A stretch of DNA of 61,254 nt from Kiritimatiellia bacterium (GCA_045630425.1 JAZQTB010000079.1:1-61254), one strand, 5' to 3'. Positions 34,205-43,281 are shown, counted from the stretch's first letter. The notes: generated by a model from the sequence alone, not told the origin. A program made the numbers and translations.

Positions 34205-34947
34205 CAGCTGCGCTTACGCTCCATCTCGCTCTGGCATTCCATGCAGGTGAGCACGAACGGCTGATTCAGGAGACGCGGCTTGCGGATAAGCTGGCCGCAC
34301 ACCGTGCAGACGCCGTAACTGCCGTCGTCGATGCGGTGCAGCGCCTCCTCGATCTGCTGGATCGTACGGTTCATGTTACCCATCTGGCCGAGAGCCTGAA
34401 GCCTCAGCGTCTGGTTGGTGCCGTCGCCGCCGTCGGCCTCGTGGTCGCCCGACTCGTTGAAGCCGGTGGCCTTCATCGCGTCCACGCCTTTAAGGGCCTT
34501 CTCGCGGGCTTCGAGAAGTCGTTTGCGGAAATCCTTGAGGTCTGCGGCGGGGAACTTGATGGTGTTCTTGCCCTGAGCGCGGGTTGTAGGCCTGCGGGAA
34601 AGATGGATCTCGTTCTCGCGGCGGGTCTCGTCTTCGTTGCGCGCGGAACGCTTCATTTCCTGGGCGATGGACATCGCGAAAGCGATCGCCTTTGAGTTGT
34701 CGGTTATCACGACGGGCTTCGGAGGAGCCTTGGCGATCACCGGAGGTTTTCTCACGATGCGGGGAGGAACGCGTTTAATCTCGGATTTCGGCTGGGGAGC
34801 GGCCTCGGCCGTAACCGCCGCGGGCTTTTTGGCGGCGGGCTTCGCGGCCGGAGCCTTTTTCGGCGCGGGGGTCTTCTGGACCGCGGCCTTCTTGGCGGGC
34901 TTTTTGGCGGACTTTTTGGTTTCGATCGGTTTGATTGTAAATCCCAT
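34204..34947 (-). CDS. DksA/TraR-family C4 zinc-finger protein with a K/A/P-rich histone H1-like N-terminal extension
   Basis: The C-terminus has a coiled coil plus CTVCGQLIRKPRLLNQPFVLTCMECQ (CxxC-x17-CxxC). The N-terminal ~90 aa are KKSAKKPAKKAAVQKTPAPKKAPAAKPAAKKPAAV..PPKPVV. Confidence 0.75.
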   Translation of the reverse strand: MGFTIKPIETKKSAKKPAKKAAVQKTPAPKKAPAAKPAAKKPAAVTAEAAPQPKSEIKRVPPRIVRKPPVIAKAPPKPVVITDNSKAIAFAMSIAQEMKRSARNEDETRRENEIHLSRRPTTRAQGKNTIKFPAADLKDFRKRLLEAREKALKGVDAMKATGFNESGDHEADGGDGTNQTLRLQALGQMGNMNRTIQQIEEALHRIDDGSYGVCTVCGQLIRKPRLLNQPFVLTCMECQSEMERKRS

Positions 34948-34994
34948 ACAGATACCTCCTTTTGATACGCGTCTTCGCGACGCGCGCTATTGTA

Positions 34995-37016
34995 TCATAT
35001 TTGCATTCCCGAGGGAAGTTTAATCCATTCGCGGATCGACTCGAAGAGAGGCTCGATCCTGAGAACGGTGGCGAAAACGGCGGCTCCCTCGAAACCCGGA
35101 AGCTCGAACTGATCGCCGACCTTCTTGCCGAGCATGTTCTGTGCGAGTTTCGCCTTGCACGAAAGAACGCCGAGTTCGGTATCGTTGTCCCATTCGCCGA
35201 GAACGTGGTAGGTGCGCTCACCGTCGGGGGCGGCGATTACGACCGTGACGCCGGGCATGACTTCGTCGGTGACGGCGTCGGAGAAATCCCAGGGCTTGAC
35301 GACTTCAAGATCGGCCTGCATGAGCGACTGCTTCTGCATGAGGGCGCGCTGCTCGTCCTTGGCGTACTGATATTCGGCGTTCTCGCTCAAATCGCCGTAG
35401 CTCTTGGCGAACTCGATGCGCTTGACGTTGGCCGGCATGTCTTCGTTGATGAGCTTCAGATACTCGGCCTTTCTCATCGCGAAGCTGCGATAGCTCGTGA
35501 ACCGCCCGTACTCCTTCTTTTTCTCGACCTTGACGATGCGGGGCTCGAGCACGGGCGCGATGCGGGCCATCCTGACGACGATGGTGTGGTGGGTGGCGTG
35601 GTCCCACGCTATGGAAGCCTGGAAGCGCTCGAAGAAAACGATCTTGTCGTCGTCATCGAGCCAGCCGAGGACTTTCTCGAGCCACTTGACGTCGGCGAAG
35701 AGACGGCGCACCATGTTCTGCATCTTGAGAGTTTCGCCGCTCTGACGCCCTTCGCCGAGGGCGATGGCATGGGTGAGAATCGTGACGAGCCTGGGAAGTT
35801 CGGCCCAATCCCTGAACATTTCGTACTTGCCGACGATGAGAGTCGTGAGAGTCGCGGGAGCCTTCGGGCGGCGCATGAACTCGCCGACCGTCTCGCGGCA
35901 CGCGCTCTCGCCGCCGAACTGCGAAACGACCTCCGTGACGGCGGTGAAGCAGAACTCGTCGAGGGACCTGTAGAGTTTAAGCTTGTTCTCGTCGTCCGTC
36001 GCGAGGAACCTGACCATCGCTCCGACCTCGCGGGCGGGAAGTTCGACCGCGGCTTTGACGTAGCGCTTGCGCTCGCGCAGATACTCGAGCATCTCGGCGG
36101 AAGACGGATTAGTGAAACCGAGTTCGACGACCGTGACCGCGAGACGGGCGTAAAGCGCGTCGTCGACCTTGCGCGCCGCCGTTACCGCGAACGCGAGACG
36201 CTCGTTGATCTTGGACTTTACGGACTCGTCCGCGTCCTTGAACTTGCCCTGCGAGACGAACTCGCGCACGGAGGCGAGAATAAGCTTGGGGTCCGTCTCG
36301 TGGCTGAACGCGGTGAGCCAGACGTCGCCGTAATTCTCGACGGACGCTTTAAGACGGACGGGATCAGTCCTCTTCACGGGGATCTCGACGAGTTTGTCCT
36401 TGCGCAGTTCGGCGCGGACGGTCTCCCAGAACTTCTTCCAGTTGACGGACTTTACAAAACCGTTGTTGACGCAGAGCGTTTCGAGTCTTGTGACGGGCAT
36501 GTCGCCGTAGCTCCTGAGAACGGACTTTACGAGTTCGGCCGGATTGTCCTTCAGCATCGCCTCGAACGCGGCGGGGTCGGCATGGCGCATGACGAGCACA
36601 TGGTTCTCGGAAGGAACTTCAAGCATGTCGACGGCGGCGTCGTAAGAGAACTGGTGGCCGCGCTTCATCTTGAAATCGACGGTGATTTTCCTGTAGAAGT
36701 AATCGAGGCGCTTGACGGTTCCAAGCCCCCACGTGTCGTTGAGAACGAGTGTCCCGACCTGGAAGCTTAAGAGCTTTTCGAGAAAGACGAGAGTCTTGTC
36801 GAGAGGCGCCGCGCCGAAATCCGCGCCGTCCAAAAACGAAAGAAGAAGACGGTCTTGAGTCGTCTTCTTCAATAACTCCTTGATCCCTTCGGGGGCGATG
36901 CTCTTGGCAAGTTCAACCCTGTTGTCGCGCACAAGCTTGAATGCGCATTCAAAATCGCGCTTCTGCGCGCATTCATTCAGTTCGTTTACCAACGTTTCGT
37001 TGACGTTCATTTTCAT
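34995..37016 (-). CDS. greA: large GreA-family transcript cleavage factor (~500-aa N-terminal extension plus a complete GreA module)
   Basis: The C-terminal ~160 aa read AKSYGDLSENAEYQYAKDEQRALMQKQ..GVTVVIAAPDGERTYHVLGEWDND..VLSCKAKLAQNMLGKKVGDQFELP. The N-terminal region includes a CarD/TRCF-RID-like stretch (VGTLVLNDTWGLGTVKRLD). Confidence 0.75.
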   Translation of the reverse strand: MKMNVNETLVNELNECAQKRDFECAFKLVRDNRVELAKSIAPEGIKELLKKTTQDRLLLSFLDGADFGAAPLDKTLVFLEKLLSFQVGTLVLNDTWGLGTVKRLDYFYRKITVDFKMKRGHQFSYDAAVDMLEVPSENHVLVMRHADPAAFEAMLKDNPAELVKSVLRSYGDMPVTRLETLCVNNGFVKSVNWKKFWETVRAELRKDKLVEIPVKRTDPVRLKASVENYGDVWLTAFSHETDPKLILASVREFVSQGKFKDADESVKSKINERLAFAVTAARKVDDALYARLAVTVVELGFTNPSSAEMLEYLRERKRYVKAAVELPAREVGAMVRFLATDDENKLKLYRSLDEFCFTAVTEVVSQFGGESACRETVGEFMRRPKAPATLTTLIVGKYEMFRDWAELPRLVTILTHAIALGEGRQSGETLKMQNMVRRLFADVKWLEKVLGWLDDDDKIVFFERFQASIAWDHATHHTIVVRMARIAPVLEPRIVKVEKKKEYGRFTSYRSFAMRKAEYLKLINEDMPANVKRIEFAKSYGDLSENAEYQYAKDEQRALMQKQSLMQADLEVVKPWDFSDAVTDEVMPGVTVVIAAPDGERTYHVLGEWDNDTELGVLSCKAKLAQNMLGKKVGDQFELPGFEGAAVFATVLRIEPLFESIREWIKLPSGMQI

Positions 37017-37039
37017 CTCCTTGAAATTTAAGTCTGAAA

Positions 37040-37048
37040 ATTATACCA
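37040..37048 (-). promoter_or_regulatory. extended -10 (TGGTATAAT) upstream of greA-like
   Basis: The reverse complement of attatacca is TGGTATAAT, about 24 nt upstream of ATG 37016. Confidence 0.35.
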
Positions 37049-37104
37049 AAAAAGCGCTTCCGTGTCTTCCTCGAACGGAATTTTATTTTTTTTTATACGG
37101 CCGT

Positions 37105-39498
37105 TCAGACGGCAAAAAACGCTTCGGCTATCCGTACCGAGGCCATCGCGTCCTTGGCGTACCATGTGGCCCCGATCTCCCTGGCGTAATCCTCGGTCAA
37201 AACGGCTCCGCCCACGAACGTCTTTATCGTGGGATCCGCCGACTTCAGCGCCGCGATCGTCTCCGCCATAAAACCGACGGTGGTCGTCATCAGAGCCGAA
37301 AGCCCGACAAGACGGCAGCCGCATTCAAGCGCCGCTTCGACAATCTTCTCGGGCGGGACGTCGCGCCCGAGATCGATGACCTTGAACCCGTAGTTCTCAA
37401 GAAGCGAGCGGACGATGTTTTTCCCGATATCGTGAATGTCGCCTTTGACGGTCGCTATGACGATCGGCCCTTTTTTCTCGCCTTCTACACCAGATTTCGC
37501 AAGCTCCGCGCGCAGAAACCCGAACGCGGCAGACGCGGAATCGGCAGCCATCAGAAGCTGCGGAAGAAAATACTTCCCGCTTTCAAAGAGCGAGCCGACC
37601 TTCTCGAGCGCGGGAACGATTTCGGAGTTGATTATTTCAAGCGGATTCAGCCCCTTCTCGACAAGACGCCGCGCCGCGTCGGCGGCATCGTCCTTAAGCC
37701 CCTTCTCGATCAGAACGGAAAGCGCCCTTTCCCGAAGAGGCTCCGCGGCACGGGCCGCCTCCGCGCCATCGAGACTCTCGGAAAAGGAAATCCAGCCGGA
37801 GCAGTCGCCGTCGCGCCCCGTAAGCGCCCTCCACGCGCGATAGGCCGAAACCATCGGAACCGAAAGCGGATTTATTATCGCGGCGGAAAGCCCGGCATTG
37901 AGCGCGAGCGTGTAAAAAGCGGCGTTGATGTCCGTTCTCGAGGGAAGTCCGAACGAAATGTTGGAAACTCCGAGGGCCGTCCTTACGCCCAGTTCGTCGC
38001 GGACCGATTTCATCGCCTTTAAAATCACGTTCGCGCTCGTATTGTCGGCGCTCACGGCGAGACAGAGGACATCGACGATAAAATCGTCTTTGGTAAGGCC
38101 GTACTCGGCGCCTTTGGCGATAATTCTGCGGGCGATCTCGACGCGCCCCTCGGCAGTCGCGGGAATGCCGCTTTCATCGAGCGTCAGAGCGACGACGACA
38201 CCGCCGTATTTCGCGACAAGCGGGAACACTTTCTCCATCACCTCGGTCTTGCCGTTGACGGAATTGACGAGACACTTGCCGTTATACCGCCGCATCGCCC
38301 TTTCCATGGCGACGGGATCGGCGGTATCGATCTGAAGAGGAATATCGACAACGCCCTGTATCGCCTCAACCGTCGCTTCGAGCGCAGCGGCCTCGTCTAT
38401 CCCCGGAACGCCGGCGTTCACGTCGAGAATATGAGATCCCGCGTCAACCTGGGATACGGCCTCGCGGAGAATATAGGCCGTATCACCCGACTTATACGCT
38501 TCGCGGAGCTTCTTTTTACCCGTCGGATTTATACGCTCTCCGATGACGATCGAATCATCGAACGGAATCTCGACGGAGCGGACGCCGGATGTTACGACAG
38601 CGCGCTTTCCGGAGACGGGACGCGGAGGAATGATTTCGTTCGCGAGCGCCGCTTTAACGGCGGCTATATGCCCGCTCGTCGTGCCGCAGCATCCGCCGAC
38701 GATCCGGGCGCCCGCGCGGACGAGATTAACGACGTTGGTGGCGAATTCCTCGCTCGAAACGAGAAAACGCGTTTCGCCGTCGACAAGTTTCGGAAGCCCC
38801 GCGTTCGGCTTTACGAAAATCGGCAGAGCCGTCGCGGCGGCGAGGCGCTCGACGTACGGCAGCATCAGATCGGGCCCAAGCCCGCAGTTGAGCCCGACGG
38901 CGTCGACGCGCAAACCTTCAAGTATCGCGGCGACGGTTTCGATATCGGCTCCGGTCAGAAGTTTACCGTCTTCGCCGAGAGCGACCGTCGCGAGAACGGG
39001 AAGAGACGAGTTTTCCTTCGCGGCGAGAACGGCGGCCTTAAGTTCGTAGGCGTCGCCCATCGTTTCAATCGCGATCAGATCCGCACCGGCGGACGCGCCG
39101 AGAGAGACGAGTTCCGCAAACGCGTCGTACGCGCGGTCGAATTCAAAATCGCCCGAAGGCTTAAGAAGTTTCCCCGTAGGGCCGACATCGAGCGCCACGA
39201 ATCTGCCGCTTTCGCCGCGAGACGCTTCGCGGGCGAGAGCGATCGACGCGGAAACGACGTCCTCGAGCTTCTCCTCGCCGTGATACTTGGCCCTGTTCGC
39301 TCCGAACGTGTTCGCGAGAACGAAATCGGACCCCGCATCGAAACAGGCGGCGTGGACCGATCTGATTACATCCGGCTTTTTAACGCTCCAGGTTTCGGGT
39401 ATTTCGCCCGGCTTAAGCCCCGCCGTCTGGAGCGACGTTCCCATCGCTCCGTCGGCGAAAACGATTTCCGAGCCGTTTAAAAACTCCCTGAAGTTCAT
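37105..39498 (-). CDS. metH: cobalamin-dependent methionine synthase lacking the C-terminal AdoMet reactivation domain
   Basis: Hcy S-methyltransferase domain (ADGAMGT..GGCCGTT). Pterin-binding domain (LVNSVNG, ALGVSNISFG). B12 cap plus GDIHDIGKNIV (DxHxxG) and LSALMTTT. The protein ends right after the B12 domain at 797 aa. Confidence 0.9.
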   Translation of the reverse strand: MNFREFLNGSEIVFADGAMGTSLQTAGLKPGEIPETWSVKKPDVIRSVHAACFDAGSDFVLANTFGANRAKYHGEEKLEDVVSASIALAREASRGESGRFVALDVGPTGKLLKPSGDFEFDRAYDAFAELVSLGASAGADLIAIETMGDAYELKAAVLAAKENSSLPVLATVALGEDGKLLTGADIETVAAILEGLRVDAVGLNCGLGPDLMLPYVERLAAATALPIFVKPNAGLPKLVDGETRFLVSSEEFATNVVNLVRAGARIVGGCCGTTSGHIAAVKAALANEIIPPRPVSGKRAVVTSGVRSVEIPFDDSIVIGERINPTGKKKLREAYKSGDTAYILREAVSQVDAGSHILDVNAGVPGIDEAAALEATVEAIQGVVDIPLQIDTADPVAMERAMRRYNGKCLVNSVNGKTEVMEKVFPLVAKYGGVVVALTLDESGIPATAEGRVEIARRIIAKGAEYGLTKDDFIVDVLCLAVSADNTSANVILKAMKSVRDELGVRTALGVSNISFGLPSRTDINAAFYTLALNAGLSAAIINPLSVPMVSAYRAWRALTGRDGDCSGWISFSESLDGAEAARAAEPLRERALSVLIEKGLKDDAADAARRLVEKGLNPLEIINSEIVPALEKVGSLFESGKYFLPQLLMAADSASAAFGFLRAELAKSGVEGEKKGPIVIATVKGDIHDIGKNIVRSLLENYGFKVIDLGRDVPPEKIVEAALECGCRLVGLSALMTTTVGFMAETIAALKSADPTIKTFVGGAVLTEDYAREIGATWYAKDAMASVRIAEAFFAV

Positions 39499-40280
39499 TG
39501 CGGAGCTGGCGGCAGACGCCCGTTGTCGAGAAGATCCTTGATGATCATTCTAACTTCGGTATCGAAGTCGCCCTTCAGGATCCACTTCAGATAATTAGGC
39601 TCGTTCAAAAGGAGTTTCTTAAGGCTCTCGCCCTTCTTCTTGCCGAAGTTTATGGTAAGCTCCCCGTCTTTCCAGCGGAGAGTCCCCGCTCTGTCGGCGT
39701 TCATCGGATCGTGGGGAACGAGGTATTCGTCCATCTCGTCGACCGTCGCGGGAAGATCGGAATATTTAGCCATCTGCGCCTTGAGGACCTCGAGCGTCGC
39801 GCGCGTGTCGGCCTCGGCGCCGTGGGCGCCGTCGTGGTTGCGCCCGAGATAGAATCTCACCGCGGCGGAAAGATCGCGCGGCTCCTTCTTGTGGTAGATG
39901 CGCTGAACGTCTACATGCTTGCGGGCCGACGGTGCGAACGCCATTCCGACGCGCGCGAATTCCTCCTCGAGACATGGGATGTCAAAGCGGTCGGCGTTGA
40001 AGCCCGAAAGATCGCAACCCCTGAAGAACTCGAAAATCTCTTCGGCCTTGTCGGCGAACGTCGGGCAGTCCTTTACGATTTCGTCGCTGATGCCGTGAAT
40101 CGCCGTCGTTTCGGGAGGGATCGGAACGCCTGGATTCATGAGCCAGCATTTCGAAATCTCCTCGCCGTCGGGCATGAGCTTTATGGCCGCAAGCTCGATT
40201 ATGCGGTCTTTGCGCGGCGAGACGCCGGTGGATTCGATGTCGAAAACGACGAGCGGACGGATTAACTTTAAATTTGGCAT
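39495..40280 (-). CDS. DEDDh 3'-5' exonuclease (DnaQ/epsilon-like)
   Basis: Exo I VFDIESTG, Exo II FNADRFDIPCL, Exo III HGAEADTRAT. A C-terminal ~80-aa extension follows. Confidence 0.8.
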   Translation of the reverse strand: MPNLKLIRPLVVFDIESTGVSPRKDRIIELAAIKLMPDGEEISKCWLMNPGVPIPPETTAIHGISDEIVKDCPTFADKAEEIFEFFRGCDLSGFNADRFDIPCLEEEFARVGMAFAPSARKHVDVQRIYHKKEPRDLSAAVRFYLGRNHDGAHGAEADTRATLEVLKAQMAKYSDLPATVDEMDEYLVPHDPMNADRAGTLRWKDGELTINFGKKKGESLKKLLLNEPNYLKWILKGDFDTEVRMIIKDLLDNGRLPPAPQ

Positions 40281-41323
40281 AAAAGATCGTTGCGGTAAAG
40301 CGCGCGGATAGCGTCGCAGTCGAGAGTGTGACCGGCGCGGTAGCTGACTACCGTACCGACGAAACGGTGTTCGCCCGTAAGCGCGAGCGCCGCCATGAGA
40401 TCGAGCGTCGCGCGGTGCCAGACGGGTTCGAGAAATTTATCGCCGACGGGGAAACGCGGCTCCGTGTAAAACTTTTTCGGCCCGTGGATAAGGATATTCT
40501 TTTTGTTGTATCCCCAGTTGCGCGTGGCCGCGAAAAGTTTGCCGATTGTTTTGGCGAGAATATACTGGCGGTGGGTCGCGTTGGTGCGCGCGAGCGCCGC
40601 GTAGCGGAACGTCTCGTCGGTCGCGTCGAAGAGAACGCGCTGTTCGCCGATCACGGTGTTCCACGAAATCGCGCAGTCGATGCGCAGATTGCGCTCGCCG
40701 TTCTCGGCGGGAAGGAACAGAAGGAAATCGCCGCGCCTGCCGCCGAACGCGACAGGCTCCTTAACCGTGACGAAAGTCGCGTCCTCGTCGGTTTCGACGA
40801 TTTTGGCGTGATCCATCGCCTTGATGAGCGGGAGCGACGACTGGTCGAAGAGCGGCGGGTCGCCGCTGTTGACCTTAAGAAGGACGTTGTCGACGCCGAT
40901 GCCGAGTTTAAGAGCGATAATGTGCTCGACCATCCTGAGATAGTTGTGCGGCGAGCCGGAGCGGAGAACGAGGTTCTGGGCGCTCGTCCAGAGATTGGCG
41001 ATGTCGACCTTCGTGTCGAGCTGCTCGCTCTGATCCATGCGGCGGATCCACCAGCCTGGCTTTGAGCTCGGAGCGAACGTGATCGTCTGCTTCGAGTTTC
41101 CCTCGAAAGTTCCTACGCCCGCTACGGAAGCTTCGCCCGCAAGGCTCCGCCTTTTCAAGGAGAAAGGCGGACGACTGCCGTCGGCAAGACGTATCTCGTC
41201 TATCTTCTGGGCGCGAAAACGCTCGTATGCGACGGATATGGCTGAAGAATCGCCGAATACCGTCCTTCCTATAGTATAATCTTGCAACTCATTCATAGCG
41301 TTAACAGTATACCATATTTTCAC
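40268..41323 (-). CDS. divergent LpxC-family (UDP-3-O-acyl-GlcNAc deacetylase-like) protein
   Basis: VAGVGTFEG..ITFAPSSKPGWWIRRMD (compare GiGLHsG..l.P...GI.F.R.D). MVEHIIALKLGIGVDNVLLKV (compare TvEHLlaAl.glgIDN). ALARTN (compare ARTFgf). VWHRATLDLMAALALTG (compare vrHKiLDaiGDLaL.G). YRAGHTLD (compare sGH.ln). Several conserved positions are altered. Confidence 0.6.
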   Translation of the reverse strand: MKIWYTVNAMNELQDYTIGRTVFGDSSAISVAYERFRAQKIDEIRLADGSRPPFSLKRRSLAGEASVAGVGTFEGNSKQTITFAPSSKPGWWIRRMDQSEQLDTKVDIANLWTSAQNLVLRSGSPHNYLRMVEHIIALKLGIGVDNVLLKVNSGDPPLFDQSSLPLIKAMDHAKIVETDEDATFVTVKEPVAFGGRRGDFLLFLPAENGERNLRIDCAISWNTVIGEQRVLFDATDETFRYAALARTNATHRQYILAKTIGKLFAATRNWGYNKKNILIHGPKKFYTEPRFPVGDKFLEPVWHRATLDLMAALALTGEHRFVGTVVSYRAGHTLDCDAIRALYRNDLLCQI

Positions 41324-41393
41324 ATTGATTGGGCAAAGCGCATGATAACCCTCCGGGTTTTAGCCGGCGCACCCGATGTCGCCGCACAACCGC

Positions 41394-41924
41394 TTATTTT
41401 TTCTCCGAGTTTCTGCGAGACTTAAAGAAATTCTGCAGAACAAATCTGGACTCGTCCTCAAGAACGCCGGCGACCACCTTGGGATGATGGTTTATCCCGG
41501 GATGGCCGAAAATGCCGAACTCGGTACCGCCGCCGCGCTTAGGATCCGAAAGTCCCCATATCACCGCGTCGTTGCGCGCCAAGACGATCGCGCCTGCACA
41601 CATGGGGCAAGGCTCCTTAGTCACGTAAAGGCGTGTTCCCGTAAGCCGCCAGTCGCCCTTCGCGGAAAAAGCGGATGTAAGCGCCAGCATCTCGGCATGG
41701 GCGGTCGCGTCTTTCAGGCCTTCGGTCTGGTTATGGGCGCGCGCTAAAATACGCGCCTTTAACGGGACAAAATCAAAAACCGCCTGGTGCCCGTCATGCG
41801 CGGGCTCGAGGACGGCCGGAGCGTCGATGACGCAACCGGTCGGAACCTCCCCTGATTCAGCCGCTTTGGCGGCCTCGCGGAGAGCCATGCGCATAAAATA
41901 CGCATTGAATTCCGACTCGGTCAT
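41394..41924 (-). CDS. tadA: tRNA-specific adenosine deaminase
   Basis: HAEMLAL and PCPMCAGA zinc motifs. There is a ~25-aa insertion (DAPAVLEPAHDGHQAVFDFVPLKA) after the first strand. Confidence 0.85.
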   Translation of the reverse strand: MTESEFNAYFMRMALREAAKAAESGEVPTGCVIDAPAVLEPAHDGHQAVFDFVPLKARILARAHNQTEGLKDATAHAEMLALTSAFSAKGDWRLTGTRLYVTKEPCPMCAGAIVLARNDAVIWGLSDPKRGGGTEFGIFGHPGINHHPKVVAGVLEDESRFVLQNFFKSRRNSEKK

Positions 41925-41943
41925 CGTCGCTTAAAAGAGAACC

Positions 41944-42477
41944 TCAGAAGTTGTTCTCTTCGAGCTGGAAGTACGCCTTGGGGTGGGCGCACACAGGGCA
42001 AAGCTCGGGGGCCTCGTCAAGCTCGACGATCGCTCCGCAGTTGCGGCACTGCCAGCGGTTGGGGCCGACGCGCTTGTAGACTTCGCCGGTCTCGATGTTC
42101 TTGGCGAGCTTGAGATAGCGCTTTTCGTGCTCGGCCTCAACTTCGGCGACCTTGGCGAACTGGCGGGCAAGCTCCTCAAAGCCCTCCTCCTTGGCCTCCT
42201 CGGCGAAGCGCTTGTACATATCGGTCCACTCCTCGTGCTCACCTGCCGCGGCGGCGGCGAGGTTGGCGGGAGTGTCGCCGATACCGTTCAAGGCCTTGAA
42301 CCAGAGCTTGGCGTGTTCCTTCTCGTTGAGGGCCGTTTCCTGGAAGATCGCCGCGATCTGCTCGTAGCCTTCCTTCTTGGCCTTCGACGCGAAGTAATCG
42401 TACTTGTTGCGCGCCTGCGATTCGCCGGCGAACGCGTACCAGAGATTCTTCTCCGTCTTCGATCCTTTAAGTTCCAT
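41944..42477 (-). CDS. rbr: rubrerythrin
   Basis: [44 protein letters not shown], and a C-terminal rubredoxin-like CRNCG..CPVC. Confidence 0.9.
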   Translation of the reverse strand: MELKGSKTEKNLWYAFAGESQARNKYDYFASKAKKEGYEQIAAIFQETALNEKEHAKLWFKALNGIGDTPANLAAAAAGEHEEWTDMYKRFAEEAKEEGFEELARQFAKVAEVEAEHEKRYLKLAKNIETGEVYKRVGPNRWQCRNCGAIVELDEAPELCPVCAHPKAYFQLEENNF

Positions 42478-42495
42478 CTTGAACCTCCTTATCTC

Positions 42496-43047
42496 TTACT
42501 TGAAATAACGGTTGAGAAGGCCCTCGAATCCGGCGCCGTGACGGGCCTCGTCCTTCGCCATCTCGTGGACGGTGTCGTGAATGGCATCGTAGCCGAGTTC
42601 CTTGGCGCGCTTGGCGATTTCGAACTTGGCGGCGCATGCGCCCTGCTCGGCATCGGCGCGGAGCTGAAGGTTCTTCTTGGTGGAGTTCGTGACGACCTCA
42701 CCCAAAAGTTCCGCAAACTTGGAAGCGTGCTCGGCCTCTTCGAACGCGTAGCGCTTGAACGCGTCGGCGATTTCGGGATAACCTTCGCGCTCGGCCTGGC
42801 GGCTCATCGCGAGATACATGCCGACTTCGCAGCATTCACCCGTAAAATGATCTCTGAGACCCTGCATGACCTCGGCGTCCTCGACCTTGCCGTCGCCGAT
42901 AACATGCTGGCACGCCCAGGTCTTCTTACCTTCCTCGGCGATTTCCATTTTAAACTTGGTACCGGAAACGCCGCAAAGAGGGCACTTCTCGGGAGCTTCT
43001 TCACCGTTGTGTACATACCCGCAGGCCGGGCAAACCCATTTCTTCAT
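42496..43047 (-). CDS. reverse rubrerythrin (N-terminal rubredoxin-like plus C-terminal ferritin-like domain)
   Basis: The N-terminus reads [23 protein letters not shown]. The four-helix diiron motifs [25 protein letters not shown] and DEARHGAGF follow. Confidence 0.85.
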   Translation of the reverse strand: MKKWVCPACGYVHNGEEAPEKCPLCGVSGTKFKMEIAEEGKKTWACQHVIGDGKVEDAEVMQGLRDHFTGECCEVGMYLAMSRQAEREGYPEIADAFKRYAFEEAEHASKFAELLGEVVTNSTKKNLQLRADAEQGACAAKFEIAKRAKELGYDAIHDTVHEMAKDEARHGAGFEGLLNRYFK

Positions 43048-43061
43048 TGTTTTCTCCTTTC

Positions 43062-43085
43062 TGCCGACCTTAACCTATGTCGGCA
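43062..43085 (-). promoter_or_regulatory. inverted repeat TGCCGAC-n10-GTCGGCA in the revRbr leader, candidate operator
   Basis: 7-bp perfect arms at 43062-43068 and 43079-43085, between the predicted -10 element (43094-43099) and ATG 43047. Confidence 0.3.
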
Positions 43086-43093
43086 CGACTTAA

Positions 43094-43122
43094 AGTATAA
43101 TATAACGCTATAGATGAGGCAA
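43094..43122 (-). promoter_or_regulatory. sigma70-type promoter of revRbr-rbr-tadA
   Basis: On the minus strand: -35 TTGCCT (43117-43122), a 17-nt spacer, and -10 TATACT (43094-43099). Confidence 0.45.
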
Positions 43123-43281
43123 GAGGGAATTTTACATTTTTTTATTCCCCGAAATTCTTATCATCTCCGGAAGTAAACGGCACGCGCGAAATCGCGATTT
43201 TCAAAACCGGAGTCACATTATAAAACGCGGCGGGACGTTTCCGACGGCGTCTCAAGCCTCTTACGTCGGTCGCGGAAGATC

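Noticed and set aside
34962-36770. 602-aa plus-strand ORF
   Set aside because: It is an antisense shadow of the greA-like gene in GC-rich DNA. It has a low-complexity E/D/G/L/R-rich translation and no family motifs, and the opposite strand carries GreA signatures.
37049-37104. Rho-independent terminator after metH (gccgtctgaacggc hairpin)
   Set aside because: In the metH (minus-strand) orientation, the 5-bp hairpin is followed by an A-run rather than a U-run. The T-run lies on the wrong side, so it is not a convincing intrinsic terminator.
43140-43281. Terminator or sRNA in the folC-revRbr intergenic region (cgcgaaatcgcg palindrome, ctccgg/ccggag pairing)
   Set aside because: The stems are short (5-6 bp), the loops are either 2 nt or very long, and the U-tracts are on the wrong side for the minus-strand genes. 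I could not support a feature.
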